A stretch of 64,000 nucleotides of DNA from Haliotis rubra (lineage: Eukaryota): the NCBI RefSeq assembly GCF_003918875.1, contig NW_025766248.1, positions 310,001-374,000 on the forward strand. Reading direction: 5' to 3'. Each line of letters opens with the position of its first letter. Within the stretch, counting starts at the first letter, position 1. Below are positions 27,155 through 39,598 of this stretch, piece after piece. A model generated the notes under the pieces. The model had not been told where the DNA came from and did no database searches. It saw only the letters and a list, made by a program, of their open reading frames with translations. Made by a program: the position numbers and the translations under genes.

Positions 27155-27966
27155 TCCTAAAACTGAAAAGGTACATAATCTTGTCTAGTGATGTTTATTT
27201 GCAAACCTGACAATTTCACTGACAAAGTTGTTCATGTGAACTGATACGATGTCGTTTTCTAACCACCAGAATAAAAGTTTGACAAAAGTGTAACCTGTAG
27301 ATACTCCAACCCCCTTCTACAGATTGCTGATTTGGCTTATCTACGGTAGTTAAACATCAGAAGGTCTCTTGTTCTACAAGACAAGTTCTTTTCTCCTATC
27401 GTTCACGGGAAGTCATATGATGTCGTTTTCTTACCACCAGAAAAAAAGTTTGACAAAAGTGTAACCTGTAAATAAGCTAACAAACTTCTACAGATTGCTT
27501 TTTTGGTCCTCAAAATTCGGCTTATCTACAGTAATATACAGTAGTTAAACATCTGAAGGTCTCTTGTTCTACAAGACAAGTTCTTTTCTCCTATCGTTCA
27601 CGGGAAGTCATATGATGTCGTTTTCTTACCACCAGAAAAAAAGTTTGACAAAAGTGTAACCTGTAAATAAGCTAACAAACTTCTACAGATTGCTTTTTTG
27701 GTCCTCAAAATTCGGCTTATCTACAGTAATATATGGTAGTTAAACATCAGAAGGTCTCTTGTTCTACAAGACAAGTTCTTTTCTCCTATCCTTCACGGGA
27801 AGTCATATGATGTCGTTTCTTACCACCAGAAAAAAAGTTTGACAAAAGTGTAACCTGTAAATAAGCTGACAAACTTCTACAGATTGCTTTTTTGGTCCTC
27901 AAAATTCGGCTTATCTACAGTAATATACGGTAGTTAAACATCAGAAGGTCTCTTGTTCTACAAGAC
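27155..27966. mobile_element. pogo/Tc2-like MITE copy whose right half plus flank is tandemly amplified (~195-bp unit)
   Basis: Homologous to 59631-59908; aaggtctctt recurs at 27361, 27556, 27751, 27945. Confidence 0.85.
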
Positions 27967-28319
27967 ACTTATGTCATGAAATACTAAAGTAATTTCAACC
28001 TTTCAGTCTTAGTTGTGTTCCTAAATGTATAAACGAATATTGAAAGCGCCCACAGAAGAATCCTAGCCGGTAAATTTATCTGTATGATGCTAAATTGTAA
28101 TAAATGTCAGTTTGCAGGATTTTTTAGATTTTTTTTGGCAACATTGTCTGTACTGTTAAGCTGTTAAGACGCATGGATTACTGCAAGTTTCTCCACTGTG
28201 TGATAATTACAACACCGTGAAGCTAACCAGCACTGCATTTGGGAATACCAAGAGACGGTGAGACCGCAGCTCAAATCTCATTGGTGCCAATAGCATCAAA
28301 TATTGGCCATGTACAACCT

Positions 28320-28870
28320 CTGAAATCCCTTATGATGTCTGTTATCAGTTGTTTGGAACACGTCAGCTTTCCCTGAACCTCAACAGCCGTTGATATAGCT
28401 CCAGTGACCACTGAAATCCCTAGTGATATCTGTTGTCAGATGTTCTGAGAGCATCAGCCTTCTCTGCTCCTCAACAGACCTTTCTTCAGCTTCAATGACC
28501 ACTGCAGCCCTGTTCAACATCTCTTATCAGTTGTGTGGAACACATCAGCCTTCTCTGCACCTCAACAGACCTACATACAGCTTCAATGACCGCTGCAGTT
28601 CCTAGTAATATCTCTTATCAGTTGTGTGGAACACATCAGCCTTTTCTGCTCCTCAACAGACCTACATACAGCTTCAATGACAACTGCAGCCCTTCCCAGT
28701 ATCTTTTATTAGTTTTGTGGAACCAGTATAGGTTTCCCTGCACCTCTACAGGCCTACATACAGCTTCAATGACCACTGCAACACCTCACAGTACCTGTTA
28801 TTAGTTGTGTGGAACACATCAGCCTTCCCGGTTCCTCTACAGGCCTACAAACAGCTTCAGTGACCTCTGA
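28320..28870. repeat. Degenerate 91-bp tandem repeat, ~6 copies
   Basis: ttatcagttgtgtggaacacatcagcc... with period ~91. Confidence 0.88.
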
Positions 28871-29261
28871 CTTCCCACAAGCTGGCAATTTTATGTAAGC
28901 AGGAAATTTGATATATCCATAATATTTTCATGTGTCTCAGAGGGGTCATTACAAATATATATGACTCATGGTTCATACACTGAGCATATCTTTCTTGTAG
29001 ATAAGTTTGAATATTTGTACAGAATGTGTCTCAGTGGACATGGGATGTTTTCATTGACCTCAATGGCTCGTGTCCAGGGCAATACCTGACGTGAGGTGAC
29101 ACGCTCAGGTTATGGCACTTTTGAGAATTATAACACTTTTGAGAATTATAGCAAAATTCATTAATTCATTCATTCATTCATTCATTTATTCATCTACCTA
29201 ATGGTCAATGTGGTAGTCCACAAGGAAATGTCACCTGTCCTTCCATAATTATATTAATCTC

Positions 29262-29425
29262 AGTGAGTGAGTGAGTGAGTGAGTAAGTGAGTGAGTGAGT
29301 GAGAGTGAGGTTTTCATTGCTTTTAGCAACATTCCAGCAATATCAAGATGGGGACACCAGAAATGGACTTCACAAATTGTACCCATGTGGGGAGTTTAGT
29401 TTTACACCGTACTCAGCAATATTTT
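29262..29425 (-). mobile_element. SINE family A 3' part with long (GAGT)n, fused to a second tail fragment
   Basis: Body match to ~29392, then gagtttagttttacaccgtactcagcaatatt. Confidence 0.8.
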
Positions 29426-29819
29426 ACTAATCAGGACTATTGGTGGTTGTACAGAGCTAGCCCAATGTGATACCATGCTACATGCTAGCATAACTTAGAT
29501 ACCTCTTTCAGAAAGAGAATCTAAGTGACACCAAGCTGACGAGTCCTTGGTTTATTGCCTTTTTGAGCCACCCACCTTCTGTTCACTGAGTAAATGCTTT
29601 ATCAGCTAAGCCATGGAGGTTGCAAAAACTGGAGCTGGCTTGTCTCTACCATTTCTTCAAAGCTTAAAGTCTTAATGTACCACCATGTTCTTCCAGTCCA
29701 AAAACATCACTTCCACTCATTGATCTGGACAACTTCTTCACATGAAATAATTACCAAGTCGCAGGATTTACAAGTACTTAGTCAGACAGTGCAAAATGTC
29801 ATAAATGACCACGTTACAC

Positions 29820-30300
29820 AATGACCCCAAGAATGACCTTAAGAATAACCTTGACCTTTGCTAGACATTGCAGCAACATTAGATGTGATCTGATTTGTAA
29901 AGCTGTGCATGAAGCTTAAAGACTGTAAAGATAAATAAACACATAACCATGCCTCAGAAACTGACAGAGATAATGAACAATGTTTTACATAGGTTGAAAG
30001 CTGACCATGACCCTTTGACCTATTCCATACAAGTTACATACCAAGTAGGACACATGCATTCTTGCATTTTGATCAAATGTAACAAGCTCTCAAGTGAGAT
30101 TCTTCTTCTTGTAACCTTGACCTTTGACCTTCCATGTGTGCCATAAGAATTCGACTGGTCCATTTGGAATGAGACTATCGAAGGATATCCTCCAATATAA
30201 AAAATCATAACACTGTATTATTAAGAAGTTATGATACAACCATTTAAACTTTTTAGTCAAAGCTGACCTTGACCTTTCACATAAATCCAAACCAAACTGA
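29820..30300. mobile_element. Degenerate HINE/Helentron-associated-like repeat
   Basis: Repeated (t)gaccttgacctttg(a) motif at ~29850, 30003, 30114, 30265, typical of molluscan HINE/pearl-like core repeats. Confidence 0.4.
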
Positions 30301-32494
30301 TAATAATCACAACCATAATAACAAAGAAAGATAATAATCACAACCATAATAACAACACAGAAAGATACAATTAACATTTTAAATTTAAAACCTGAACATA
30401 GAATATAAACATAGACTGATCATATACACTGGATTTTCCCAAAGGACATTATTTAATGAGCCAAATCCCATTCCTGTTGACTCGCGCCACAAGCCAAACT
30501 GGCTAAACAACCCAAGGAACGCAGTATTTTAAATTTGATCAGACAGCAGGAATTCATTTAATATCTTCTCATCAGAGATAGATGACCCTGTCTCTAATAG
30601 CTGGAATAATTTCTCCTGATTCAACAGAAACACAATTTCAGGTTTTGACAATTTGGCCACAAAATGACATATTGACCGCTGCGCATGTAGTCTAAACCGC
30701 CATTGTTTAATTGCTGTTTCTGGCCAGTCCATGCTTCTCCACGGACAATTTCTCCATTCAACAGTGTGTATATTTACCGCCATTGCTTGCTGTTTCTGGC
30801 CAGTCCATGCTTCTACGGACAGCCATGTGTGTATGCTTGTCTTCAAGTTATTTAATCCTGCCATCACAGTTAAAAGGACATGGCAAAGTCATTACATCAA
30901 ATTCCCCAAATTAAATAAATTTCCAAAATTGATTCACCTCAACAGGCCCCCACTGACATACTCCATTCACAAGGTCATTCCCTGAGGTTGTCAGAGGCTC
31001 CTTGCAACCAGGCTCTGCGTAATGGGGCCCAGTATGGTGATCAACATGGGACACTCTTGATTACATCTTGGGCAGAGTGATGGCTTTTCTCAGCAGAATT
31101 ACAAATAATTCCTATCTGTGATATTGCAGTGGCAGTTATTTCTGCACAGACATCATCAAAACACATATGCATAACGCAACCTTTCATCTTCAAATCTAAC
31201 AAATAACTAAAAAATTCTTGTTTTCGAAAAAACAGAAAAGAAAACGCTTATTTATCACAAATGCAATTCTCCCAATAGAGACTGGTATTGTTCTGATAAA
31301 TCTAAAACTTACAATTTCAGTTCCATTTCAAACTGATACATACCAGGTTTGAAAGTTGATACATTAATAATTCAAGGCTAATTTCCTGCAGTACACATCG
31401 GATGCATATGAATACACCCAATATATGCTAAGAGTTCTCACCATGAACCCCTGGGGAATACATACTTTGTGTTGGCAGAGAATTTGGCTTGAAGATCACA
31501 CAATCTGTCAGGAAATGAAGGAAGAAGGTTTTTTGTGTTGTGAAATGCCAAACAAATTACATCAAAGAAGGTGGCGTTGTTCCATGTGTTACGGTTTTAT
31601 TCCATCCCTACTGGGAAAAAATGGCTACAGGCAGTCTAAATTACCACTTTTTCAATACTTTGTTGGTGTGGATTTTTTTCTTGTAAAAACACATGGAAAC
31701 AAGGCATTTATGATGACAGTGTTTTTTAATTTATTTTGTTGGCCAATAAAAGTAAGCAATTAGCTGCATTTGGCTGCTAGTTACCTGATATTTTATAAGT
31801 TAAAGTCACTCTATTTTAGCTTCCAAATTGGGCAGTCAATACACATGTCCGTAATTAGGAAACAGAGCACACCAGCTTGACAGAGAACAGTCCCAGCAAT
31901 GTCTTTGAATTAGGAGACAAAAATACAAATTTGAGGTACTCATTGTAGATTTGATACCTCTTATTTCAATTTGAATGCATATGTTCCAATGGGTTATCGC
32001 CAGCCATTGTTACACGTATTGATGTGGGCGGCTGATCGATCATTTTTTCTGAGGCAGGTTTTTGTGTGAATAGGCATGTCGATTCTGAGGCAACAAATAG
32101 AATTAGACAGGTCATTTAGATAAAAAAGAATTGAATAGTTTTCAGTTTTTCTGTGTAATGGTAGAATGAACAGACACATGATAAGAACTGCTTAGAATGA
32201 GTTCCATGACCCTAGTGTCTCTATCACTGGAACTCCAAATGCTTTAGCATATACACTTACAAAAGTGATCGAACTTACAAAGCTTTCTTTGTGGAATCGT
32301 TATGAAGGTTCCACAAGGTGACCATACTGCTATGGTTATTATAACTCACATGCTAAAATGATCATAATAAGGGAGTTAGTGGAAATATAAATATATTTCT
32401 AGACCTCGTAACTAACTAAAATCCTACTTGTTACTTTATATAACCTATCAAATATGGTTTCATCAAGCCTATGTAACCTTTTACCTAATGGTGG

Positions 32495-32660
32495 AGTGAG
32501 TGCGTGAGTGGTTTTACGCCGCTTTTAGCAATATTCCAGCAATATCACGGCGGGGGACACCAGAAGTGGGCTTCACTCATTGTACCCATGTGGGGAATCG
32601 AACCCGGGTCTTTGGCGTGACGAGCCAATGCTTTAACCACTAGGCTACCCCACCACCCCC
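32495..32660 (-). mobile_element. SINE family A, full length
   Basis: 12-bp TSD cctaatggtgga at 32484-32495 and 32660-32671. Confidence 0.94.
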
Positions 32661-32675
32661 CTAATGGTGGAAGCT

Positions 32676-33003
32676 GCAATGGTTGAGTGGGTTAGATGGC
32701 AGACAGTGTGCTGCCGATTAGCTGCCTGACTCTGAGGGTGTGGGTTTAAGTGAGTGAGTGAGTGAGTATAGTTTTACGCCGCTTTTAGCAATATTCCAGC
32801 AATATCATGGTGGGGGACACCAGAAATCGGATTCAAACATTGTACCCTTGTGGGGAATCGAACCCAGGTCTTCGGTGTGACAAGCCAACATTTAACCACT
32901 AGGCTACCTAGGTTCGAATCCCAGAGGGGACTCAACCCAGCAAAAGTAATAGAATCTGTACTTTACTGAGAAAGTGTAGTCCCAAATATAACGTGTTACA
33001 TTT
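32676..33003 (+). mobile_element. tRNA-like SINE (family D) interrupted by a family A copy
   Basis: A-box-like tggttgagtgg, long spacer, B-box ggttcgaatccc; the right boundary is uncertain. Confidence 0.55.
32749..32908 (-). mobile_element. SINE family A nested in the family D B-box
   Basis: Body match; flanked by ggtttaa / ggttcga. Confidence 0.92.
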
Positions 33004-33329
33004 GACCACTTTCTAAATGTGCATTCATTCTCACCTCTTGAGTTTTCAAGGCTAATAATAAAATCATGGCAATTTGTATAATAAATATTTGTGGAAGTAA
33101 AAATATTAAAGTAAATAGAAATCTACACATAAATTAAAGTAGGAGACTGTAAATATTTGTCCATGGAAGATGGATAAAAGTGATCGTTACTAAATGCAAC
33201 AACCATTGTTATACTGATGCTCCAACACATATATTTACGTAGGTGGTGGTACAAGGCGAGCTTGTTATTGTGTCAAAATTATTTCAGCCACCATAATGAA
33301 TAAACGCTTCCCGGACTTTCTCGTGACTT

Positions 33330-33624
33330 CTTCCAACAGACATCAAACTTTCTGATGGATGTTCACAACAATAACATCAAATACAGAGTCTGTGCAGAAT
33401 TGTCATTTTTCTAACATTTTCTGATTTTTTGTTGACAGAATAAAATGCAGCAATTTCTCAGATTTCAAGCTTGAATATGTGCTAAGTGAGGAGTATGGCT
33501 TGCTGACAGATGGATGGATGGACTAGCAGAACGGGATGAAGAACCTGCTCCACAGCTGCCGCACACAACTAGAACAAGATGACGAGGCAAGGCAGTACTC
33601 CTCCCCGCCGGAGGAGGATTCTAG
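33330..33624 (+). mobile_element. Helitron/HINE-like 3' end
   Basis: (gatg)n run, hairpin ctcctcc-ccgcc-ggaggag (33598-33616), then CTAG|T at 33621-33625; left boundary uncertain. Confidence 0.55.
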
Positions 33625-34038
33625 TCAATAAACACAAGTATTCAATGTATTTTACATCCTGTATAACCGCCCCCGAATGTAGCTTCATCGCAGGCATTTT
33701 GCTTTCATAATATTTAGGGAGTCGTGCCGAAACTGAACCTTCCGAACTGCATTTTCAAAATGACGGATGAGCTTTTTCAAATAGCCAAAGCTGAAGGTGG
33801 GTTTGAAGGAAACAGTCAATTAACGGTGGCAGGGAAACTCTCATTACGCCTGCAACATCAGCTGTCACATGTGATGGCAGCATGAGGACACGATGTGAGT
33901 AAATCCTAGATGTGGACGTTAAGTAAATGTTTACCTGCCTGGTGCTTGTCATTTAGACAATGGGACTGATCAAGGGTCACTATGTATAAATACTGATGGT
34001 ATCTGAGTGGACTTAGTCTTGGCTTTGAAGAAACCTCG

Positions 34039-34398
34039 CCACCTGTCTTGGCTAGTAAATTAGTGAAGACAATTCAGGGCTGATCTGTCTTGGCTAGTAG
34101 TAAATTAGTGAAGAAATGTATGACACCTGTCTTGTAGTAAATGCATGACACCTGTCTTGGTATCCATGTCTTGGCTAGTAAATTAGTGAAGAAATGTCGA
34201 CACCTGTCTTGGCTAGTAGTAAATAGTGAAGAAATGTCGACACCTGTCTTGGCTAGTAAATAGTGAAGAAATGTCGACACCTGTCTTGGCTAGTAAATTA
34301 GTGAAGAAATGTGACACCTGTCTTGGCTAGTAAATTAGTGAAGAAATGTCGACACCTGTCTTGGCAAGTAAATTAGTGAAGAAATGTCGACACCTGTG
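34039..34398. repeat. 38-bp minisatellite, ~9 copies
   Basis: Unit acacctgtcttggctagtaaattagtgaagaaatgtcg; bracketed by direct repeats atctgagtggact. Confidence 0.94.
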
Positions 34399-34577
34399 GC
34401 ATGATATCTGAGTGGACTAGCAGAGTAAACCAGTACTATGCATGAACACCTGAAAAAGGGGAATAATTTTGACCGGCATGTCAACCATATTTCACCTTAT
34501 GTCCTGATAGAGGATGGCTTTTGGTGTTTCCATGCCACATCAATTCCACCTTATGTATTTCATTCAATACATAACAA

Positions 34578-34732
34578 AGTGAGTGAGTGTGGTTTTATGC
34601 TGCTTTTAGCAATATTCCGCCAATATCATGGTGGAGAACACCAGAAATTCACAGATCGTGCCCATGGGGGAATCGAACCCAGGTTTCCAGCATGACTTGC
34701 AAACGCTTTAACCATTAGGCTACCCCACCGCT
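34578..34732 (-). mobile_element. SINE family A
   Basis: Match; TSD acata(a/t)caaa. Confidence 0.9.
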
Positions 34733-35106
34733 CACATATCAAACCTTCAACATGGCAGAACTGTCATCATGTACCATTCTGTTGAACACCTGGTTGAAGA
34801 GTCTGATGATCCTACACAACTATGTCAGCTGCATGACTCGTGAATCATTAACGACTGACTACTTCCTCATTGACTTACTCAATATCCATCCAGTTATATA
34901 TCCTGTATACAAATGTCAGTAGTCAGAAATAATTCATAGCTATAGCAGTTACATCAATTCAACTGTAGCACCCCGAGAAAGCTTTACACTGTATTTGCTT
35001 TCCTCACTTTTACTGAATTCTCATAAAATTTTATGCAGACTTTATATAATGGAGGAAGGGCAAGGCATACTAGTGGTCAATATCATGAGCAAAATTACAT
35101 AGGTTG

Positions 35107-35357
35107 GAGTGAGTGAGTGAATGGCTTTAGTTTCATACCGCACTCAGCAATATTCCTGCTATATGGCGGTGGTCTGTAAATAATCAAGTCTGGACCAGAC
35201 AATCCGGTGATCAACAACACGAACATCGATCTATGCAATTGGGACATGATGACACATATCAAAGAAGTGAGCTAGTCTGACCACTTGATCCCGTTAGTTG
35301 ACTCTTACGACAAGCATGGATTGCTGAAGACCAGTTCTAACCCAGGTCTTCATGGGT
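35107..35357 (-). mobile_element. SINE-like family B with an (ACTC)n-type tail
   Basis: Full body; head variant TGAAGACC...GGTCTTCA. Confidence 0.9.
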
Positions 35358-36294
35358 ATATTTCTTACATTGACTCAAGTATACACTGTAAGATGTATTA
35401 ACACAAACATGTATATCGTCCACATAATCATAAACGTCTACAGCAAAATAATGGCCAAATATAGACTATGCAGGGACTAAGCTTTCACTTTGAGACATCC
35501 TTAAGCTCAACATTATAGGGTTTGACTGTAATTATGTATAAGTAAATAGATAAATTATAAATGTTTGCAGAAATTGAATCAACATCGTCTCTTTAACCTA
35601 AATTATACGTCTACAGTATGATTCTTCACATAAATTGTCTACAATATCATAAATGTCAGCTAATTTTATCTCCATATTTATACACCAGCTGAATTATAAA
35701 TGTCTGCACGACATATCTACAGACATATGTCCCCCAATATTGACACTAAGTTTATTTCATCCTGTCAGACGCACAAATTCTGCCGCGGAATCCCTACCAA
35801 AGTAATATGGCTGAATGAGGTGATGAAGTAGATATGTAGTCCAAGGGAAGGCTAATACGTAACATGGCCGTGGAGGAATTGCAATGCTCAACCGTATCAC
35901 ACGCTATAATAACTACCAATAATTATGGTTATAAAGGCCGTGCTGATCAATGCTCTTGAGAAATGGCTGACACACGTGAAATGCAAGGGAGCATCATCCG
36001 ACCAGACATGGTCTTGTTAACAGTCAGCTTCCAGGAACTATTGCCTGTGATTTATACATCATAACGAAACAACTGTCACAACAATAGAGAAATATTGCTA
36101 CCACTGTTTATTTTGAGCAACTGAATAGACATCGTGGACTGTCAAAATAACGGGATCAATGTCCAAGTTATGTATAGGTTCTGAAGAAAGGACATTTACT
36201 GAAATGTTCCCATTACAGATTGAAGATAATATGTGTTGTACCTGTGTCTCATCCATCTTGGTGTCTCTTACTGTGGACAGGGGATTGGTCACAG

Positions 36295-37630
36295 GTGTGG
36301 TGAGTGTAGGGGTGAGTGTAGGGTTGAGTTGGTGATGGAGAGGGTGAAGTGTGTGTAGGGTTGAGTTGGTGATGGAGTGAGGGTGAGGTGTGTGTAGGGT
36401 TGAGTTAGTGATGGAGAGGGTGAGGTGTGTGTAGGGTTGAGTTAGTGATGGAGTGAGGGTGAGGTGTGTGTAGGGTTGAGTTAGTGATGGGGTGAGGGTG
36501 AGGTGTGTGTAGGGTTGAGTTAGTGATGGAGTGAGGGTGTGAGGTGTGTGTAGGGTTGAGTTAGTGATGGAGTGAGGGGTGAGGTGTGTGTAGGGTTGAG
36601 TTAGTGATGCAGGGGAGGGTGAGGTGTGTAGGGCTGAGTTAGTGATGGAGTGAGGGTGAGGGTGTGTAGGGTTGAGTTAGTGATGGAGTGAGGGTGAGGT
36701 GTGTGTAGGGGTTGAGTTAGTGATGGAGTGAGGGTGAGGTGTGTGTAGGGTTGAGTTAGTGATGGAGTGAGGGTGAGGTGTGTGTAGGGTTGAGTTAGTG
36801 ATGGAGTGAGGGTGAGGTGTGTGTAGGGTTGAGTTAGTGATGGAGTGAGGGTGAGGTGTGTGTAGGGTTGAGTTAGTGATGGAGAGGGTGAGGTGAGTGT
36901 AGGCTTGAGTTAGTGATGGAGGGAGGGTGTGGTGTGTGTAGGGCTGAGTTAGTGATGAGTGAGGGTGAGGTGTGTGTAGGGTTGAGTTAGTGATGGAGTG
37001 AGGGGTGTGAGGTGTGTAGGGTTGAGTTGGTGATGGAGTGAGGTGTGTGGTGTGTGTAGGGTTGTGATGGAGTGAGGGTGAGTGTGTGTAGGGTTGAGTT
37101 AGTGATGGAGTGAAGGTGAGGTGTGGAGGGTTGAGTTAGTGATGGAGTGAGGGTGAGGAGTGTGTAGGGTTGAGTTAGTGATGGAGAAAGGTGAGAGGTG
37201 TGTGTAGAGGTTGAGTTGGTGATGGAGGAGGGTGAGTGTGTGTAGGGTTGAGTTAGTGATGGAGTGAGGGTGGGGTGTGTGTAGGGTTGAGTTAGTGATG
37301 GAGTGAGGGGTGAGGTGTGTGAAGGGTTGAGTTAGTGATGGAGTGAGGGGTGTGGTGTGTGTAGGGTTGAGTTAGTGATAGAGAGAAGGTGGGAGGTGTG
37401 TGTAGGGTTGAGTTAGTGATGGAGTGAGGGTGAGGTGTGTGTAGGGTTGAGTTAGTGATGGAGTGAGGGTGAGGTGTGTGTAGGGTTGAGTTAGTGATGG
37501 AGTGAGGGTGAGGTGTGTGTAGGGTTGAGTTAGTGATGGAGTGAGGGTGAGGTGTGTGTAGGGTTGAGTAAGTGATGGAGAAGGTGAGCTGAGTGTAGGG
37601 TTGAGTTAGTGATGGAGAGGGTGAGCTGGG
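36295..37630. repeat. 39-bp G-rich, almost C-free minisatellite, ~33 copies
   Basis: Unit gtgtgtagggttgagttagtgatggagtgagggtgaggt. Confidence 0.97.
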
Positions 37631-37632
37631 AT

Positions 37633-38239
37633 AAACTCTATGAGTGTAGGTGAGATTCTATGAGTGTTGGTGAGACTCTATGAGCGTCGGTGAGATTCTA
37701 TGAGTGTAGGTGAACATGGGTAAGCATGGATGTGTGTGGATAAGAGAGAATAAAGGTAAACAGGTACAGGTATGTATGGATGACTGTCAGTAAACATGGG
37801 TAAATTTGTAAGCATCGGTGAGTATGGATGAGGGTCAGTGAGCATAAGTAAGCATGGATAAATAATTCAAGTTGAGCATAGTGGATGGAGTCAAGTTAAT
37901 GTAAAGGAGAACAGGTATCCATGAATGAGTGTTAGCAGGTATTGGTGAGCATAGATGAGCAAGGACAGAGAAGTCTGGATGAGCATTGGTGTGTGTCATT
38001 GAGCATAGATAAGCGGTGCTGAGCATGGATAAGTGTCATTGAGCATGGATGAGCAGTGCTGAGCATGGATGTGTATCATTGGGCATGGATGAGCGGTGCT
38101 GAACATGGATGTGTGTCATTGAGCATGGATGAGTGTTGGAGAGCATGGATGTGTGTCACTGAGCATGGATGAGTGGTGCTCAGCATGGATGTGTGTCACT
38201 GAGCATGGTTGAGTGATGGAGAGCATGTATGTATGTGGA
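37633..38239. repeat. Degenerate 20-bp satellites; related sequence continues at ~41517-41730
   Basis: gagattctatgagtgtaggt x4 and gagcatggatgtgtgtcatt-type units. Confidence 0.8.
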
Positions 38240-39256
38240 TAAGGCAACAAAAAAAAAATCCTTTGGTTCCGGTCACCTGACCCTACCTAACTTTTTTTGC
38301 CGGTCCTCACTAGGAGTTTTTATTGAGAATTTATTTCTTTATAAAATATTTAAAGTCGTTCCCCGACCCTAGGTCTTTAAAGTCACCAGTTCTACATCTT
38401 TTCTAAGCTAAAATGTCATCTTTTCATAAATACGATTGCCTGCTGCTTGCTGTCAGCTGTAGTCTCGCATCTTCTCGCAAACGAGACCAAGCGAGAGTGC
38501 TCGAGATTTCGTCACCATTTTCCATGACCCCAGACACTGGAGGCCGATTATTCGGCCAGGCTGTAGTCACGTCAAAATGAGATATAATTTTAGGAACCTA
38601 CCTGACTTATGATTCATATTTTAAATGTATCACTTTTCACAATGTCTGAAAACATTTATTACATTTTAATTGATCACATATTATCGGCAGAATTAAAATT
38701 ATAAACTTTTTTTGCATTGTTATTGAAAACAACGATTCTCGGACACATGCTTCGGCAGCGGCTCCACAATATAATTGTCAAAGAGCAAAGTAACGATGTT
38801 TCGAGGAAATCATTAATTAAATTGAATAAACTAATGAATAAAATCAACAACAGCAGTCATAAAAGTTGTCAAACGTACATATAAATTACTATTTCCATCA
38901 TTTTGTGCGATTGTGTGATGCAAGTCAAATCACTGACAAGTGACATCTCGGCTTTCGCCGCCTTGATCTTCACGCTTGGACACGATGTTTAATGCAAAAA
39001 TATATGCATAAAGCCTTTTTGTCACAGGTCATAACCTAGCACGATACGTCCAATAAGTTCCATAATTTACGTACAGGTAGCGATTTCTTGCTTAATACGT
39101 TCAGAATAGCATTATTTTACCCAAAACATTCGTCTAAATCTAAAGGTTTTCGTTTACGAGGACGGTATCCACTGCTGTAATATGATTGGCTGTCTTGGGT
39201 CATGTGCCTGATTTTGACCAATCACGATTCTTATAGCAGACTGAGGCAAATAAGCG

Positions 39257-39598
39257 CAGTGTTCACGAATGGTGTTTCAAACTAACAGGACATTGTGTCC
39301 TGTAAGTTTCAGAGGTCTGTCTGACCCACTGAAAATTCACAGGACCCATAGAATAAAAATTAAACACACATTTCAGATTTAACACTTCTTATAAGTGGCA
39401 TTAAATTTATAAATTAATTAATTAAACGTAAAATTTGTAAACAGCAAACAAGTGTGATGTGTCACATACGACAACTTCAGTCAAAGTCATTGTGAAATAT
39501 ACAGTCGGACACTGGGGCCGGCAGGTGGTAGACTTCCACCGGACCACCGGCGAATCTGCCGGATTTGTCAGAGGGTCAGACGCTATTCGTGAACACTG
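39257..39598. mobile_element. hAT-like MITE with 6-bp TSD
   Basis: TIR cagtgttcacgaat(g/a)g(t/c)gt; TSD taagcg on both sides. Confidence 0.88.
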
